Assembly (NCBI RefSeq): GCF_000150275.1
Contig: NW_002060947.1
Coordinates: 7,735,880-7,799,879 of the forward strand
Reading direction: 5' to 3'
Source: Trichoplax adhaerens
Taxonomy: Eukaryota; Animalia; Placozoa
DNA length: 64,000 nt
Below are positions 13,801 to 28,003 of this stretch, one piece after another. The notes beneath the pieces are model-generated. The model was not told where the DNA came from. It made no database searches and was given only the letters and a program-made list of their open reading frames with translations. Position 1 is the first letter of the stretch. The number at the start of each line of letters is the position of its first letter. Both the position numbers and the translations under genes were made by a program.

Positions 13801-16800
13801 GAACTCTTTACGAAAAAAATTACAGTTGCAAGATGATAGCATAACAAGAAACTTTATTATACGCAATAACAAGGTAAAAACGATAATAAAACAGCCAATC
13901 CAATAGAATTTTATTCTTAAAAAATAACTGATTTTATACGGACGAATTGATAATGAGAGCTAATTACGATCCTTACCTGGTGATTGTAATTTTTTTGTAG
14001 GAAATTTTGAGTCATTGCTTTAGAAAGGCTACCAAGGCTTTGAATGATAACTCTGATAATAATTATCACAAAGATGAAAGTGTGATTAGATATCAAGCAT
14101 AACCTATTTTCGATCAATCTAACAATAAATTTTAGTTAACGTTACTGGAATGCTGCCAATTTGAAATAAAACCATTCCTTAGGAAAAACTCTGTCCTCAA
14201 GTATTGATTTGAACACCAAAAACATCAAAGCTATCCGTTCCTATTTTAATACAAATGTACAGTATATAAAATGAAGATCGATTCTTTATTTCTTTCATTT
14301 TATTGCAGTTAGAGCAATTTAAATCCATGAATATACTTTTTAACTGGCAAGACATAATGTAATCTATTAGCCATTGATTCCGATTATAAACTGGTTTAGG
14401 ACACAAAATAGATAATTATATTACCTTAATTTCTTCCCGTTTTTGGAAGCTTAAATAAAAAAATATATCATCATTGCGACTCAACTGCAAAGTACCAAGA
14501 AAGACGACGATTGCTTTAGTCTAAAAAATTGAAGCGTAACTGTTTAAGTATCAAATTGCAAGATGGTATTATCTATCGATAATTTTCATGGATGCATTTT
14601 AATTAAGTACATGATCATTTCCTACGGGCATTAATACACTATAGGGTATAGAAGTAAAGGGTCTAATTTAACTTACGTAAGTTTTAGTTCCGAAATTAGA
14701 CGTTGCAATTACCGCTGTAGTAATAGATTGTTGCAACTGGTTGAAGATGTGGTAATGGTGGCCTTCATTTGGTACATTAATCTGGTAATTATAGTGCAAA
14801 ATAATATTCAGTAGTTAAGGCTTCTCTCAATGATTTTTAATCCAAACTATAAATTAGGTAAACTCATGCTTCAGAGCCTCTTTATTACCATACTTGGGCT
14901 CTAGTTCAATTAAACGTAAAGGGACTTACAAATGATGTTAATTCAAGCAGATGAATCGGAATATCCAATACATCATTCTTTTCTTCTTGTAGGGACAATC
15001 GAATATGATCATGAATTAGTCCAAGGCAATCAGGAACAATTCTAGTCTCATAGCCTGTTTGATGTACAAATTAATCAGTTTATACTTCCTCAACAATATG
15101 AGTAAATTTGCACATACTGTTCAGGTAGTCAATATTAAGTATAACTTGTGTTAAGACAACTACACCTTTTTGCATCCTTTAGGTATTAAGTGAAGTATTT
15201 ACTAGAAATGTTAATAGAATTACCATATCTCAATAATTCCTTGTCATTTAATATCGCTGCTATCAGGTTTAACTTCTCTTGCGTTATTTCACCAATCCGA
15301 TGCTTATTATTATGCATCTTAGCTAATAAACTAGAAATTATCTCAGTTTCATCACCATAGGCTTTTTTACAAGTGTGGTAAATTTCCATATAGTGAGATA
15401 AGATGAAAGCCTAATAAGTACAATAAGAGGTCGAATGAAATTTTAAGATAAAGGTTATCTGAAGATATTAAGTACTATTACAATGCAAGCCTACTGAAAA
15501 GATTGAAATCATGACTATATAACTTTTCTATATCATTTAACCTTTATATCATTTAGGTGATCACCATCTATTTCGTACAGCTTAAGTAAATTTTTTAATA
15601 TCCCGGAACAATATTTGTTAATGGTTGCTTTTTCAACTTTCCTATTAATACGAATTGTATTAGATATGTTATAAAGTTGTGAAAATACTTCTTCTAATTA
15701 CTCAAATAAGCATATCTATTCGTGGATAATTTTCAAAGATCTGAGATGACAGGTATTATTCTTATTACTCTTGACTTAAAATTGGATTAAACAGAGTGCA
15801 AGTTCAAGTAGAACGTTAGATAAACGTTACATATCAATTTAAAACTTACAGTGGATCAGCATTTATTTTAAAATAGGACGATACCATAATTTTGAGTAAT
15901 GATGGAATCATCTGCAATTGGTTAAAAGTAAAGAAGTTTGAATTATTCATTAAGAATGGATTAGAAGCGCGATTGATGGGCACACTCGTTATATCAAATA
16001 GCCCTCTCAGGGAAAAGTTGTACTCATTATTTCTTTATTAGTATTAGCGGTTAGTTCTAGGACATTACAATTAAATTTAACTACAGGCTCATTTTATTCC
16101 CAGAATATAAGCCTACCACTAAAATGCGATATAAGGTAGATTCTAACTGCCTTTATCATGTACTTAACATCGATATCATTAACTGTGATTGTACAAGTAT
16201 ACGAGCATGCCATATAATAGCAGTATCATAAGAAATTATACTCGGATAAATTAGTGGTCATTTATAGATTGTGCTACTGTCTTAATTATACTATCTAATT
16301 AGACTAACAGCTCTTCCTATACCGTATTGGAGTCATATCAAATTACTTATGGCGATGCCATCACAACGACTGTTTGTACCTTGAAATCATTACTGCTATC
16401 TGATGAAAGATCGCCAGCAACTATCAGATCTAATCGTCTCATGATATAGTTGAAAATATACCTGCATCCAACAAAAAAATTGTTAAAAAACTGAAGAATT
16501 CCGTAAGCCAAATATGATATTTTGTTGGCTATGTAAAAACACAATATATCTCAAGAAAAATTCCTAGTCCGTACGTTAATATTTGGAAATAAAACTAACA
16601 CTCAATTACAGTTCTTAAAAGATCTACGATGCATAATTACCTATATACATTACTAGTAGTGATGTGTCTATTTGTATAGGTATCCAAAAATTTGGGAGAT
16701 GTGTTTGCATCATGTTTTTCGATTACGCGAATGATGCTGATCTAAGATGTCGAAATGATACCGTTAAAATTACACCCAGCAATCTATTATCAACACAGCA

Positions 16801-19800
16801 TACTGTCTCTAATGATAAATGATAGCGTAGCTGCTGAAACTTGATCTAAATCAGCTTCATCAGTATTGCTTAATAGTATTACCAAACATTCCATGGCTTT
16901 TGCAGCGTAGTGCTCGCTCTTACTTTCACTTATTAGTTCGAGAAGAGAGTTCAAGGTCCTTGTTGCAAACTGAACAATGTTCGCACGACGAATTACATTC
17001 AATGTAATGAAAACAGCAATTAAGATTATCAACTACAACTATTTGCTTATACCTTTAGGAGATCGCCCTCTTTCAATCTACTAAACGTTTCAAGAGTAAT
17101 GGCCAAAGCGGTACTTTCATTACGCCAATTAAATATTCGTAAGAAATTGACTATCATATTCAACAGAAATTTTTTAGGTAAGGTAAACTTGCTAAATCAC
17201 AAGCAACTTAATCAATTCTATTCCCAATTAAATCTCATCAATTTGAGATATAAATAATTAGAATATTTACCATCTTGCGTTAGCTGAGTAGAACGAAATT
17301 GTATTGATACCGTCATAGTCTCATCTTTAGATGCAAACGAAGCTCGACGAGTCTTAGGAGCTGGTGTGACTTCGTCTGATACAATTTCTCCTTTATCCTA
17401 GTTTAAGTAATCCAATAGATTAGAATACCAATACTAATTGTCATAGAAAGATATCAACATCTTTTGGGGTAATATCGCTGATTTATATCTTCTTGCTGGT
17501 AATTAATACTCTTAAAATAGGGTGCAAAACTAGAAACTGGTAGATATTTAACTAATTTCATGCTACTTATGCAAAAGATTAGTTTATAGCGGCGAATTAA
17601 TAGTAATATCTTTAAAAAGTAGTTGATATTCTTAAAGTAGGATTTAAAAAATAGAAAATAATCGTTGTTTACCTAATTTTGTACAATAAGTGATAAAAAT
17701 TTTGTTAACAATCTTAATTGCAATAGAAAGTTCTTTTTAAAAAGGGTATTTAAAAAATTAATAGAACTACCTTGTGCACTTTTAACATATAGACGCCGTC
17801 ATTTAAGACAGTTCCATTAGGCTTTAAAAGTTTCAAGTAAGATATCCCTATTGCCCGATCTCTGTCTGTTATATAAGGGAATAAACGCAAATTGATAAAA
17901 TAAATTCGCTATTCCTGATCGCAGTTTACATCTAACAGTACATTATTAATTCTTACACGTCAATGAAATGAAAAAGTTTTAAATAATCAGGTCGTGTGAA
18001 ATATTTTAGTTCGGTGTCATTTCGTCAGCAATACTATTCAGCAATTTTAGATACTTATCTACGTCAATTTTACAATGACGTCTGATATAATATGGCAAGC
18101 TATGAACTAGTATGATTTAGATAGATTTACATCATAGAATCAGTCATAGCTACCTAATTAAATAACTTAACATTAATACTGTACAAGTGCATTAATTTTG
18201 TCATTGTTAGTATTTTGAAACTTTAAAATATTGTTGATATAACTTAACGACGGAATTATTAGAGTTAAGTGACATTAAAATAATTTAGATTTAATAGATT
18301 GATTTTATTATGTTTTAAAAATAATTGATTACCTCTCGATGAGCGATGCTGTACCTCGAATTTGAGGTAATAGTTATCTAAGGTTTCATTTGGAATTGTG
18401 ATCTAGTAGGATGCAATATAATAAATTACATGAAAACTTTTCGATTCGCTAAGTTTTATATCCCATTATTGTAACACCGATGAATAATTTGTAATATAAT
18501 AGTGACTACAAAGGTAGAAATTACCTTAAAAGTCTCCTTCCATTGCGGATCGTTATCATGATAAATAACGTAAGTTGAAAGTGATGTAAATCGTTCACTA
18601 TTAGCACCTTGAGAGAAACACCCCTGAACGATATACACAATAAAGAAATCGCTTAGGCTATGATTGTAAGCTATAGTAATCCTTTTCCTCGGAATTGATC
18701 AAATAGATAATACAATAAAAAACTTACTGGTAACGGCCGCTTTGTGGTTTTAGAAATAAGGCTAACGATCATTTCAATATTGCTTTCACTGGATCGATCT
18801 CCTTTTCGTTTTAGAACGAATGAACGAATTTCAGAGTATAAAAATTTATTGAATGACTTATAGAACAAAGATTACTAGTTAAAAAACGATGCTTACTTCC
18901 TATTTCAGTTTTAATCACCGTAACAAATAGCTCATTAACAGGCAATCCTATGAATCACAGCATAAATGTGAGGATAGCATCGTTACATTAATACTGACTA
19001 AATTTTGTAGACGTCGATCAATATTAATTTTACGCCATCAAGCACAAAGGAATTCGAAAGCAAAGCTGTATTAAAACTTCAAATGTAATCTATACCTGGC
19101 CTTTTCCAATCAAGGTACCCTACGTTTGGTATTATGCTTGCTTCACTAAACTCGAGACGATGATGCTTCTTAAGCTATTATAGACACCAATAATATCATG
19201 GTATTATGTTTCATTTGTCAATATATCAAACAAATTAGCAACGTATTTATCTTTGAGGCTCTTCAGCTATTTTGATAATACCTCATGAAAGTCTCCTGGC
19301 AGAATCATTTTAGTTCCTTTTATTTCTAAGTAAAGGCGAAAGCATAAGTTAAAATATGGCAAAATGTAACTAAATGATAAACAGCAGACTGATGTAGATA
19401 AATTTCCATGATAGTAAATGAAAATAGTCGAGCTATATGTGAATTAAGATTAAGTTTTAAACGTTGCCTACTGAATATTTCTGCTGTAAATGAACTGTCT
19501 TTGGTCAATTTTTCGATAAGCATTTCATGATAATTGGCGAAGTGATCGCGATCTTTATTTTCATATCTACACATTAGGCAAGATTTCAATCGATACGCAT
19601 AAATACATATATTTAACCCTTTAACAAAAACTAAGAACATGAGAGGATGATAAATTATTGCCAACTTACGTGTAGCCAGTCAAATCCAATTGATCAGAAT
19701 TGTTGTTGGCTACCATCTGAGCAACACTACAGACTAAAAATCATGAAGAAAATTATTGCTTTTAGTTTAAAGATTGTATCCTGAACTATATATATCAAGG

Positions 19801-22800
19801 TCAGGATTTTGCTACTAGCTATATAACTGAATTTGGTAGCGCATCATGCTATATATTGTTGAATTAACGATTTTGTTGTACCTGCGCAGCCATAAGGCTG
19901 CCTATATAAAAATTTCGAACGAACAGTTGGTGCACTGCTTTTAGATATGGGAGCTGAAATTGAATTAGAGATAAACATTTTAAGAAAGATAGTATCTTAA
20001 TATTTTGCAATATTTGCAGTTTTATATCAACTGATTATAATTAATAGTCAAAGTCTTGTTATTTGCAAAGCTACTCAGTTACTGTGATGGATCTTACCCT
20101 TTTTTATAACACGAAAAACAACGTATAAGTTCTTGACAGAAGCTTCATAAAGGATTTCCTGTAAGCATTTAAATATAAATTTTATAATTCGCTACTAAAT
20201 TTAGATTACATACAGTATATTAAAGCGCTTAAAATCATAGTAATTATGCTAAAATTACCGTAAAAATGAATTTGATATTACCAATTTTTGTTGGATCTGT
20301 CGGCTGTGCATCTTCCGTTAAGCTGATAACGTAGCTATCACTAAATCATTAAATATCGGAACGTTTCTCACTCAAATTTTTACGCCTTAAGTCGCATCTT
20401 TCACATTTTATAGTTAATAACTGCTTAATATAAAATAAATTTACCTAGTAAAGCGATTATACTCGGCATCATATAATCTTACAATAACCTCAGATGTATC
20501 GCTTAACGTCCACTGGAAAGTCTCTAACTTAATCAGTATATGGAGCGAATCTCCCATTACATAGGCCTTCTATAATTATAAATTGAAGAATGCATGGTAA
20601 AATATACGGACGATTATGCTAGTAAATCTTCAGTTTCTGTCTTTTATGGTATTGGATTTAATACTAGAAATGGCATTTGACACTTATAATTCATAATTAA
20701 TAAAATACGATTTCTGAGCTGTTTCATACCTTTTCATGCTTTTCCTTTTCGGAACCTTCACGGTACTGTAATGATAGAAATAGAGAAAATTCAATTTTAT
20801 ATTTGAGGTAACGTTATCACTAAATCTATGCATACACATATCAAGTTAAGATGATCATCTAATCTGTGGAATTACCAGTGTATATAATTGTGCCAAATTT
20901 AAGTTGTCCGCCTTTACTGGTAAATTATTTTTGCGAGGAATGACATCAAAATTAAGATTCCTATAAAATAATTTTAGTGAAATTATCAAAGCAATTAGAC
21001 AAAAACGTTCATTATAACCAATGAATTACAGCAATTTATCGAGCTCGGACTGTGCATATTAGATTGTTGTAATATTACCAAGGTCAACTGATGAAATTTG
21101 AGTACTAAATGTAATCATGATTGAGTCTACTATCTTATAAATCACAACAGGCAAACATCATCGCATCGTTAAATATAAAAGACGATTTAGTTTATAAGTA
21201 CAGGTATAGTATCACTATTAATTGCCAGTGAAATGGCTATTAGGCTTTAGCTATATTTGAAATCCTGTTATCATTATTTTAAGTGATGAAATCGAACAGA
21301 AATATCACTATTGAGCCTTACTTATTGGTATCATCAATGATTTGGATAGCTTCTTTCTTCAAAGCTTCCACTTGATACTATCAGTATATGAAATTAATTG
21401 CAATAAAATTGGGTATAATAACATCGTGCTACATAGAGATTTAGATAAAATGTTAGAATAGGTTAAGTACCTGTGAATAATAACGATAATCCAAAATTTT
21501 GTCACGTAATTTTATAAGTTGATCTGATTTTTGGCCAATAGTATGAATAATGTAACGATTTTCAAGATTCTATAATTCCATTAATAATAATGCGATTAAA
21601 ACGTTAGTTAATAATTAATTAATTAGGCCCTCAATTCTTGAAACAATCAAATATGACAGTCCAAATAATTTCAAGTTTATAATACTCTATGCACTAGATT
21701 ACAGTAATTTAAGCGGCACAGAATCAAATTATAAACTGTTTACAAAAAATTCATCGGAAATACCTTAAATCGGCTATCCCATGAATCTGACCAGTCTCGA
21801 ATAGTATCAACAATTTCATCAGCTACAGTGTTAGTTCCATTAAAGCGCCTTGATAATATTAAATGCATTAACGTTTTTAAAGACTTTTCGAAATTAGCGT
21901 ATTACATTGGTATTTGTAAATTTTCGACAGGTCATGAATTTAATTCAACCGATATATATGTATCGTACACTTACAAGTTTAAGCTTTCATCAATTATTTC
22001 TACATGAGATTTAGGAAATATACCCTAGCAAATATGAAATGTCATACAATACTAATCAGTTTTAGTCATCTTTACTCCAAATTTATATATCTAATAAAAA
22101 CTACGTTTGATAGATTTAACATTGTAAAATTAATTGAAATTACGAAAAATAACACTATCTAAGATTGTCTGACTTAAAGCAGTTGAAGTGATTATCACTT
22201 ATTGTGCAGGGTTTAGCTTAAATTCTTTTAATTTTTATATTTTTAAATTTTTTAATAGTCATTAGGCATTACTAAAAAGACAAAAAGTTCAAGTCTTCAT
22301 CCTACATAACTTGTAAGCTACTGCAAGATGTTGAGGATTACGCTGAAAACTCACGATCGACCTCAAAAAATTATATTGCCATATACTATATGCTACGTTG
22401 GATGTATTCGTTGTAATTTTGTTACAGACTCATTAAATGCTAGGAGAGTATTATATTAAGGCATTTAGAATTGAAAAATAATTACTTTCGATATTGTTTT
22501 TTGTATTTCTTTTGATGATTGAATGTGTCATAAAATGATTTTATGTGGAATATTACTGTATAGGATAGATGATATGATAGGAACAAGAGATATGACAAAT
22601 TTAAACAAAATTACGAAAAATAGAGTAGTTGGACAGGATGTAATGCTTTCCTGCAAAAATCCTAATTTACTATGTCGTCTAAGTGTGATTTTCGTTACGA
22701 TATAAAATTCTCATATGGAGTCAAAAGAAAAAAATAGTATAAAGAAGACTATAGCTATGGCCTTAAGCTGTATCTACCGAAAGTATTATCTATTGATTAC

Positions 22801-23303
22801 TTCGACCTTACCCGAATATGATCATGATTGACTACCTCACCAAATATCCATCCTGCCAATAATAAAGATACACATGAAATAAGATGTTTCGTTTCATATT
22901 ACTCTAACAGATAATTACTAAGTGATTTAATTTGCTGTTTATGCCGTTATTAATCTGATTTTTATACTTGATAATACAGATATAAACTATCCATAATAAT
23001 TAGTCATTATCAGTATGACCGTAATCATCACACTTTTACCTTGATACTCCGATTCGATGATAATGCGATCACCAATGTCGATATTAATTCCATGTAAAAT
23101 TTTAGATCCATCGAAAGGATGAATAGCTAATGAATGAAACGAAAATACCTTAGTTCATCGTATAAAAATTAGATAATGCTTCATTTATCTTCTATAATTG
23201 ACACCGATGACTAGCGATTAAACGTATGAGTTTAAACGATTCTGGTCACCTAATATATTTTACCTCGACCTTGTACTTTACAAAACATAAACTTATCCAT
23301 CAT
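7862..23303 (-). CDS. Dedicator of cytokinesis protein, DOCK-B (DOCK3/4)-like Rac GEF: SH3, DHR-1 (C2), DHR-2; many short exons
   Basis: Start exon MMDKFMFCKVQGR at 23303. SH3 exons AIHPFDGSKILHGINIDIGDRIIIESEYQ / GWIFGEVVNHDHIR / GIFPKSHVEI. Helical segment VADEIVDTIRDW. DHR-1 segment STYVIYHDNDPQWKETFK near 18530-18600. DHR-2 segment LTLALQGTIIAPVNGGLGKYQE/AF near 8490-8680 (VNGG..YQEAF is the DOCK3/4 form). Last exon 7996-7862 ends ISTTL*. Not every internal exon boundary was verified. Confidence 0.9.
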
Positions 23304-25869
23304 CAAGGGTTTAAGATTTACGCTATAGGTATCTATGAGGGTATGATTCCATTTGGAGCAATGTAATGTCCATTTATTTTATCTTATCAGATGAAATAGC
23401 TACAAGCGGGAATGTTTTATAATCCTGTACCGTAGCGCACAGTAATGCTAGACTTATAAATCAATCTTGATGTATTTCGCTACTTATGAAGAAACAATTC
23501 ATTTCCTTTACCATACATATATTTTCATGTCAGACGAAGTATTCATACTATTATTTATGATATGTTGCCCAATTTATTTATTGATCATCATTTGCCTATA
23601 TTAAATTATTTATGCAGATAAGTCTAATCTTGTACGGGAAATGGCTCTGAAATGGCTCTATCTCTAGCACCGGATTAACGAATTGTAATCGTGAATAATT
23701 GATTCATTATTGTTAGTCTACTGCTTATAAATCATCTAATTTGGAGCAAGGATGATCCCATTCCACTACTTAGTCTACTATTTAATGGAGGCTATAGTTA
23801 CCTATCGCTTGTTGATTTTTCAATGTCATGACGATGATAATCCAATATTCTTCAAATCAACCTGTCTTTAATTTGTTCCGTTTATAAGAAGTTATCAATC
23901 TTCAAACCTTCATACGTATAAGATTTCTTCAACAATTTATGTATGCAATCAATTACTGGAAATTGGATAATACGCAAACGTTAATTATTAGGAGTAAATT
24001 AAAAGTTTTTAGACAACTTCCGTCATGGATGAGAAACATTACTTTACTCCTGAAATCGTGATGTTAATGAGACCGTAGTAGAGAGTTGCAATGGCAACGG
24101 TGCTCTCGGCTCGCATACAAATTACTGTTACAAGTCCAGACAGTAGCGAGTTTATTTCTCAACATAGGGTGGGCAGGGCCTGCTCATTTGAGATCATAGA
24201 TTGTTATTATGGATTGTCTGCTATACAAACTCTGACAATGATATTGGAAAACCCAATGGTGTCGGTCAATATCGATCGTGTAAGCTTGTATGGTTGAATA
24301 AGTTATTCTCTCTCTCTACTTTCTAATCGTTAACTAGATGGTTAAAATGAATTCTAAATCCAAATGATGAGTATGGTATGGCTTCATAAGCAACAGGTTG
24401 TAATAAATCGATATACCTTCAAGCTAGAGATGGGATCCACGATCGACTAGCTCTATTTGATATAATATACTCATGTATGCAGTACTGTTTGGGTATATCT
24501 ACTGCATTCGACTTGAACACCATGAAAAGTTCTCAACTTCAAGATGGGATTAAATTGGAATTCATCAGATCTGCTGTTCTACTCGCTGTTCCATTGATCT
24601 ACAGTAATCAGGGAATCTTTCTCCCTTATTCTGCCTTAATGATCATAAACTGGTACAGACGACTTCAAGATGGATGCAACGATAATGCCATAGTTTGTAG
24701 CTCCATATTAAAATGATGAAAAGAAGCCACAGTAGTCTCCAGTAGTGGAGCATTTGCTTCCAATGGTCCAGGTGGATCTATTATGGCATTGCGTTAATCA
24801 AATTGGTAGAGCTACATTGAGAATATAGTCATGGAAGGAATTACGACTTATTTAGAAAGGGATTGATCGGCATATAATAGTACGAGTCTCAGTGATCAAC
24901 ATCTCCAAGCCAAATTTACACCGCCCAATTGAGAAAATAACAGATGAGCGCTGTTCATGACTGTGTTGACTACTGAGTGTATTGTATATCTTACAAGAAC
25001 GTTTAATGATAGTTTAGACTTTTCACTACATTATTTAAGGCATTACCGCGTATTGGAAAAGATAACTTGTAGTTTAATCAGCGATTTCTCCAACGACTGT
25101 TAGTCGACACTATAAAGCCATACATTATAGTCAATTCCTACCAACTACTGTTGTACATTATTATTTGCAATGCCGGAAGCAACTTAATACAGTCGACAGC
25201 CGTAGTTCGATGCTATGCCAAACGGTAAAGCAGCCCCAAAATTAGTTTTAGTTAGAAGATGAATGAATGAATATAGTCTAAAAGATATATTGCAGTATTT
25301 TACTTGCATGCCTTTTTGCCATAATGTTTTCGGTGTATAAATAGAAGCACTTAATATATATATGGCAGAAATAGAGAGATAGGACAGGGTAGTCCTCGGT
25401 AAAAGTATCGATTTAGGCTTATGTAATAAAAAAGTGAAGTTCAACAAGATATAGAAAACGTGTTCTATTAATCAATTTATTTCCATGACTCTTGTGATAT
25501 TGCCACGGTACAAAATACCATCAAGAGACGGATAGATTACTCAATTGCATGAGTTTATGTTTTCATTTGGTGACTGCGATGAAGCAGGCCAATGGTGACA
25601 TTGAACAAATGATTTAAGGGATGAAAGTATTCTAAAACAGTTTCATAATACAGTATTGTGCAGTGTTTTACCGTTAACTCGACGGCCATTTGAGTTCAAG
25701 GCTTTAAGCTGTTTTAAATCTAGTTTAACTTAAAGCTGGACACGGTTTTCGATTAGTATTTGCTATTTAGCAATACCGCTATTTTCTAAATGTCATTTTA
25801 AAATCTCTGGTTAGGATATTTTTAATTCTGTGTTTAATGAGCATACAGCATGTCAATACGTGTACTGTG

Positions 25870-27310
25870 AATACAATTATAATAAACTTTTCATAAATGT
25901 CACTTATTAATCTCTTGTAGGACGTTTTTCAATGATTAATGTACATGTTGTATCAATGCACGTAGCAATAATGAACATTTTAGCAATGTTATTTAGCTTA
26001 AAGCCTAATGCATTTCACTGTGCTGAATCGATATACAGTATGGATATAACAATCCTGTGACTATTTTATAAATAAATGTCATTTATTTATTTTGAAATCT
26101 ATTGCAATATTATTTCAACATATAATATGTTTTACACGTTGTTTAACATATAATGTGTTTTACACATTGTATCAACGCATGTAGCAAAAATGAGTATTTT
26201 AGAAATATCATTCAGTCTAAACCCTAACATACTTTATACGGTCCTGAATCTATATACAGTATGAATATGACAACCCTGTGACTATTTTATAAATAAATAT
26301 TATTTCTTTATTTTTAAAATCTCTTATGATATTTTTTCAAGATGTTATGTGTTTATCACATTGCATCAATGCGTGTAGCCATCATAATGACCATTTGAGA
26401 AATATTATTCAGCCTAAACCTAAGTAAACCCAAATATACTTTACTGTCCTGAATCGATATACAATATAGGTATAACGATCTTGTGACTACTTTATAAATA
26501 AATGCTACTTATATATTTTTATTTATTTTATGTTATGATATTTTTCTCAATGCTTAACGTGGTGTATATGTTGTATCAATGCATGTCGCAATAATGAACA
26601 TTTTAGAAATGTCATTCAGCCTTAATCCTAATATACCTAATACTGTCCTGGATCGATGTACACTTCTACAGCCTAGATATAGAAATCCTATGACTATTTT
26701 ATAAGTAAATATTATTTATTTATTTTTGAAATCGCTTGTTGTGATATTTTTGCCAATGTTTAATGTGGTGTATATGTTGTATCAATGCATGTCGCAACAA
26801 TGAACATTTTAAAAATGTCATTCAGCCTAGATCCTAATATACTTTACTGCGCTGCATCGATATAAACTTCTACAGCCTGGATATAGTAATCCTTTGACTA
26901 TTTTATAAGTAAATATTATTTATTTATTTTTGAAATCGCTTGTTGTGATATTTTTGTCTATGTTTAATGTGGTGGTGCACATGTTGTATCAATGCATGGA
27001 GCAATCATGAACATTTTAGTAATGTTATTTAGCTTCATTAAAGCCTAGCAGCTTGGATATAACAATCCTGTGACTATTTCATGAAATAAATGTTATTTAT
27101 TTATAGTTGAAATCGCTTGTTGTGATATTTTGCCAAAGTTGAATGTGGTGGTGCACATGTTGTATCAATGCATGGAGCAATCATGAACAGTTTAACAATG
27201 TTATTTAGCTTCATTAAAGCCTAGCAGCTTGGATATAGCAATGCTGCGACTATTTCCTGAAATAAATGTTATTTATTTAGTTTTGAAATCGCTTGTTATG
27301 ATATTTTGCA
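25870..27310. repeat. Tandem array, about 7 copies of a 175-220 bp AT-rich unit
   Basis: Anchor tgt(t/a)tcaatgca..gcaa..atgaacattt..gactattttataaataaat recurs near 25946, 26167, 26361, 26569, 26775, 26982 and 27158, with degenerate partial units at the left edge. Confidence 0.9.
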
Positions 27311-27339
27311 ATGTCGGCTGCACTTAGGAATTATGCTTG

Positions 27340-27640
27340 CAGTACTAGTATTAAACCATGGACGATCCTGTCGGCTAGAGTGTACAGTGTATAGACTACA
27401 GTACAAGACTGTACAGCAGAGTGTGCAGTACTGTATGCAAACGGTACTGCTAAGACACTGCACACTGTTTCATCAATCCTAGTATGTGCAAAAATAATGT
27501 CACCCCGATGATGCCTCGATTACATTCTACAATAGGCGTCTATGATCCACGTTAGGTGACATCAGTTTCTTTTTTTACAGCATAGGACTAGTCCATCGTA
27601 TGGCACTGGCGTACAGACGTACAGACGTACGGTAGCGGAC
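27340..27640. promoter_or_regulatory. GTAC/TACAG-dense island upstream of RSBN1
   Basis: gtgtacagtgtatagactacagtacaagactgtacagcagagtgtgcagtactgta, plus tandem CGTACAGACGTACAGACGTAC at 27610-27630. Confidence 0.35.
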
Positions 27641-28003
27641 AAAACCAGGAGGTGGAGCTATCCATTCGTAACCGGCCGCCATACTATACTCTATGCAGCG
27701 GCGTCATGACCAAGTCATACAATAGAATAGTGTAGGAAAACTTGGGGCCCTTAGAAACTGCCTGTTTGTATCGGACGTGCCGTGGACTTAACGCTGCCTC
27801 CACTTTTCAAATTTAATTACTCGACAAGCTCCATTGCTGGGCGATTTTCCCTACTACTATATCGATTAAAACGCTAATTGGATGGGAAATTAATCGACGA
27901 TGGACTCTTGAAGCCAATCGATCCAAGCAATCACTCATACTACGACCACATCTTTTGCCTGCTATACTTTGGATGATTCACTGACAGCTAAGAAATTGCC
28001 ATC

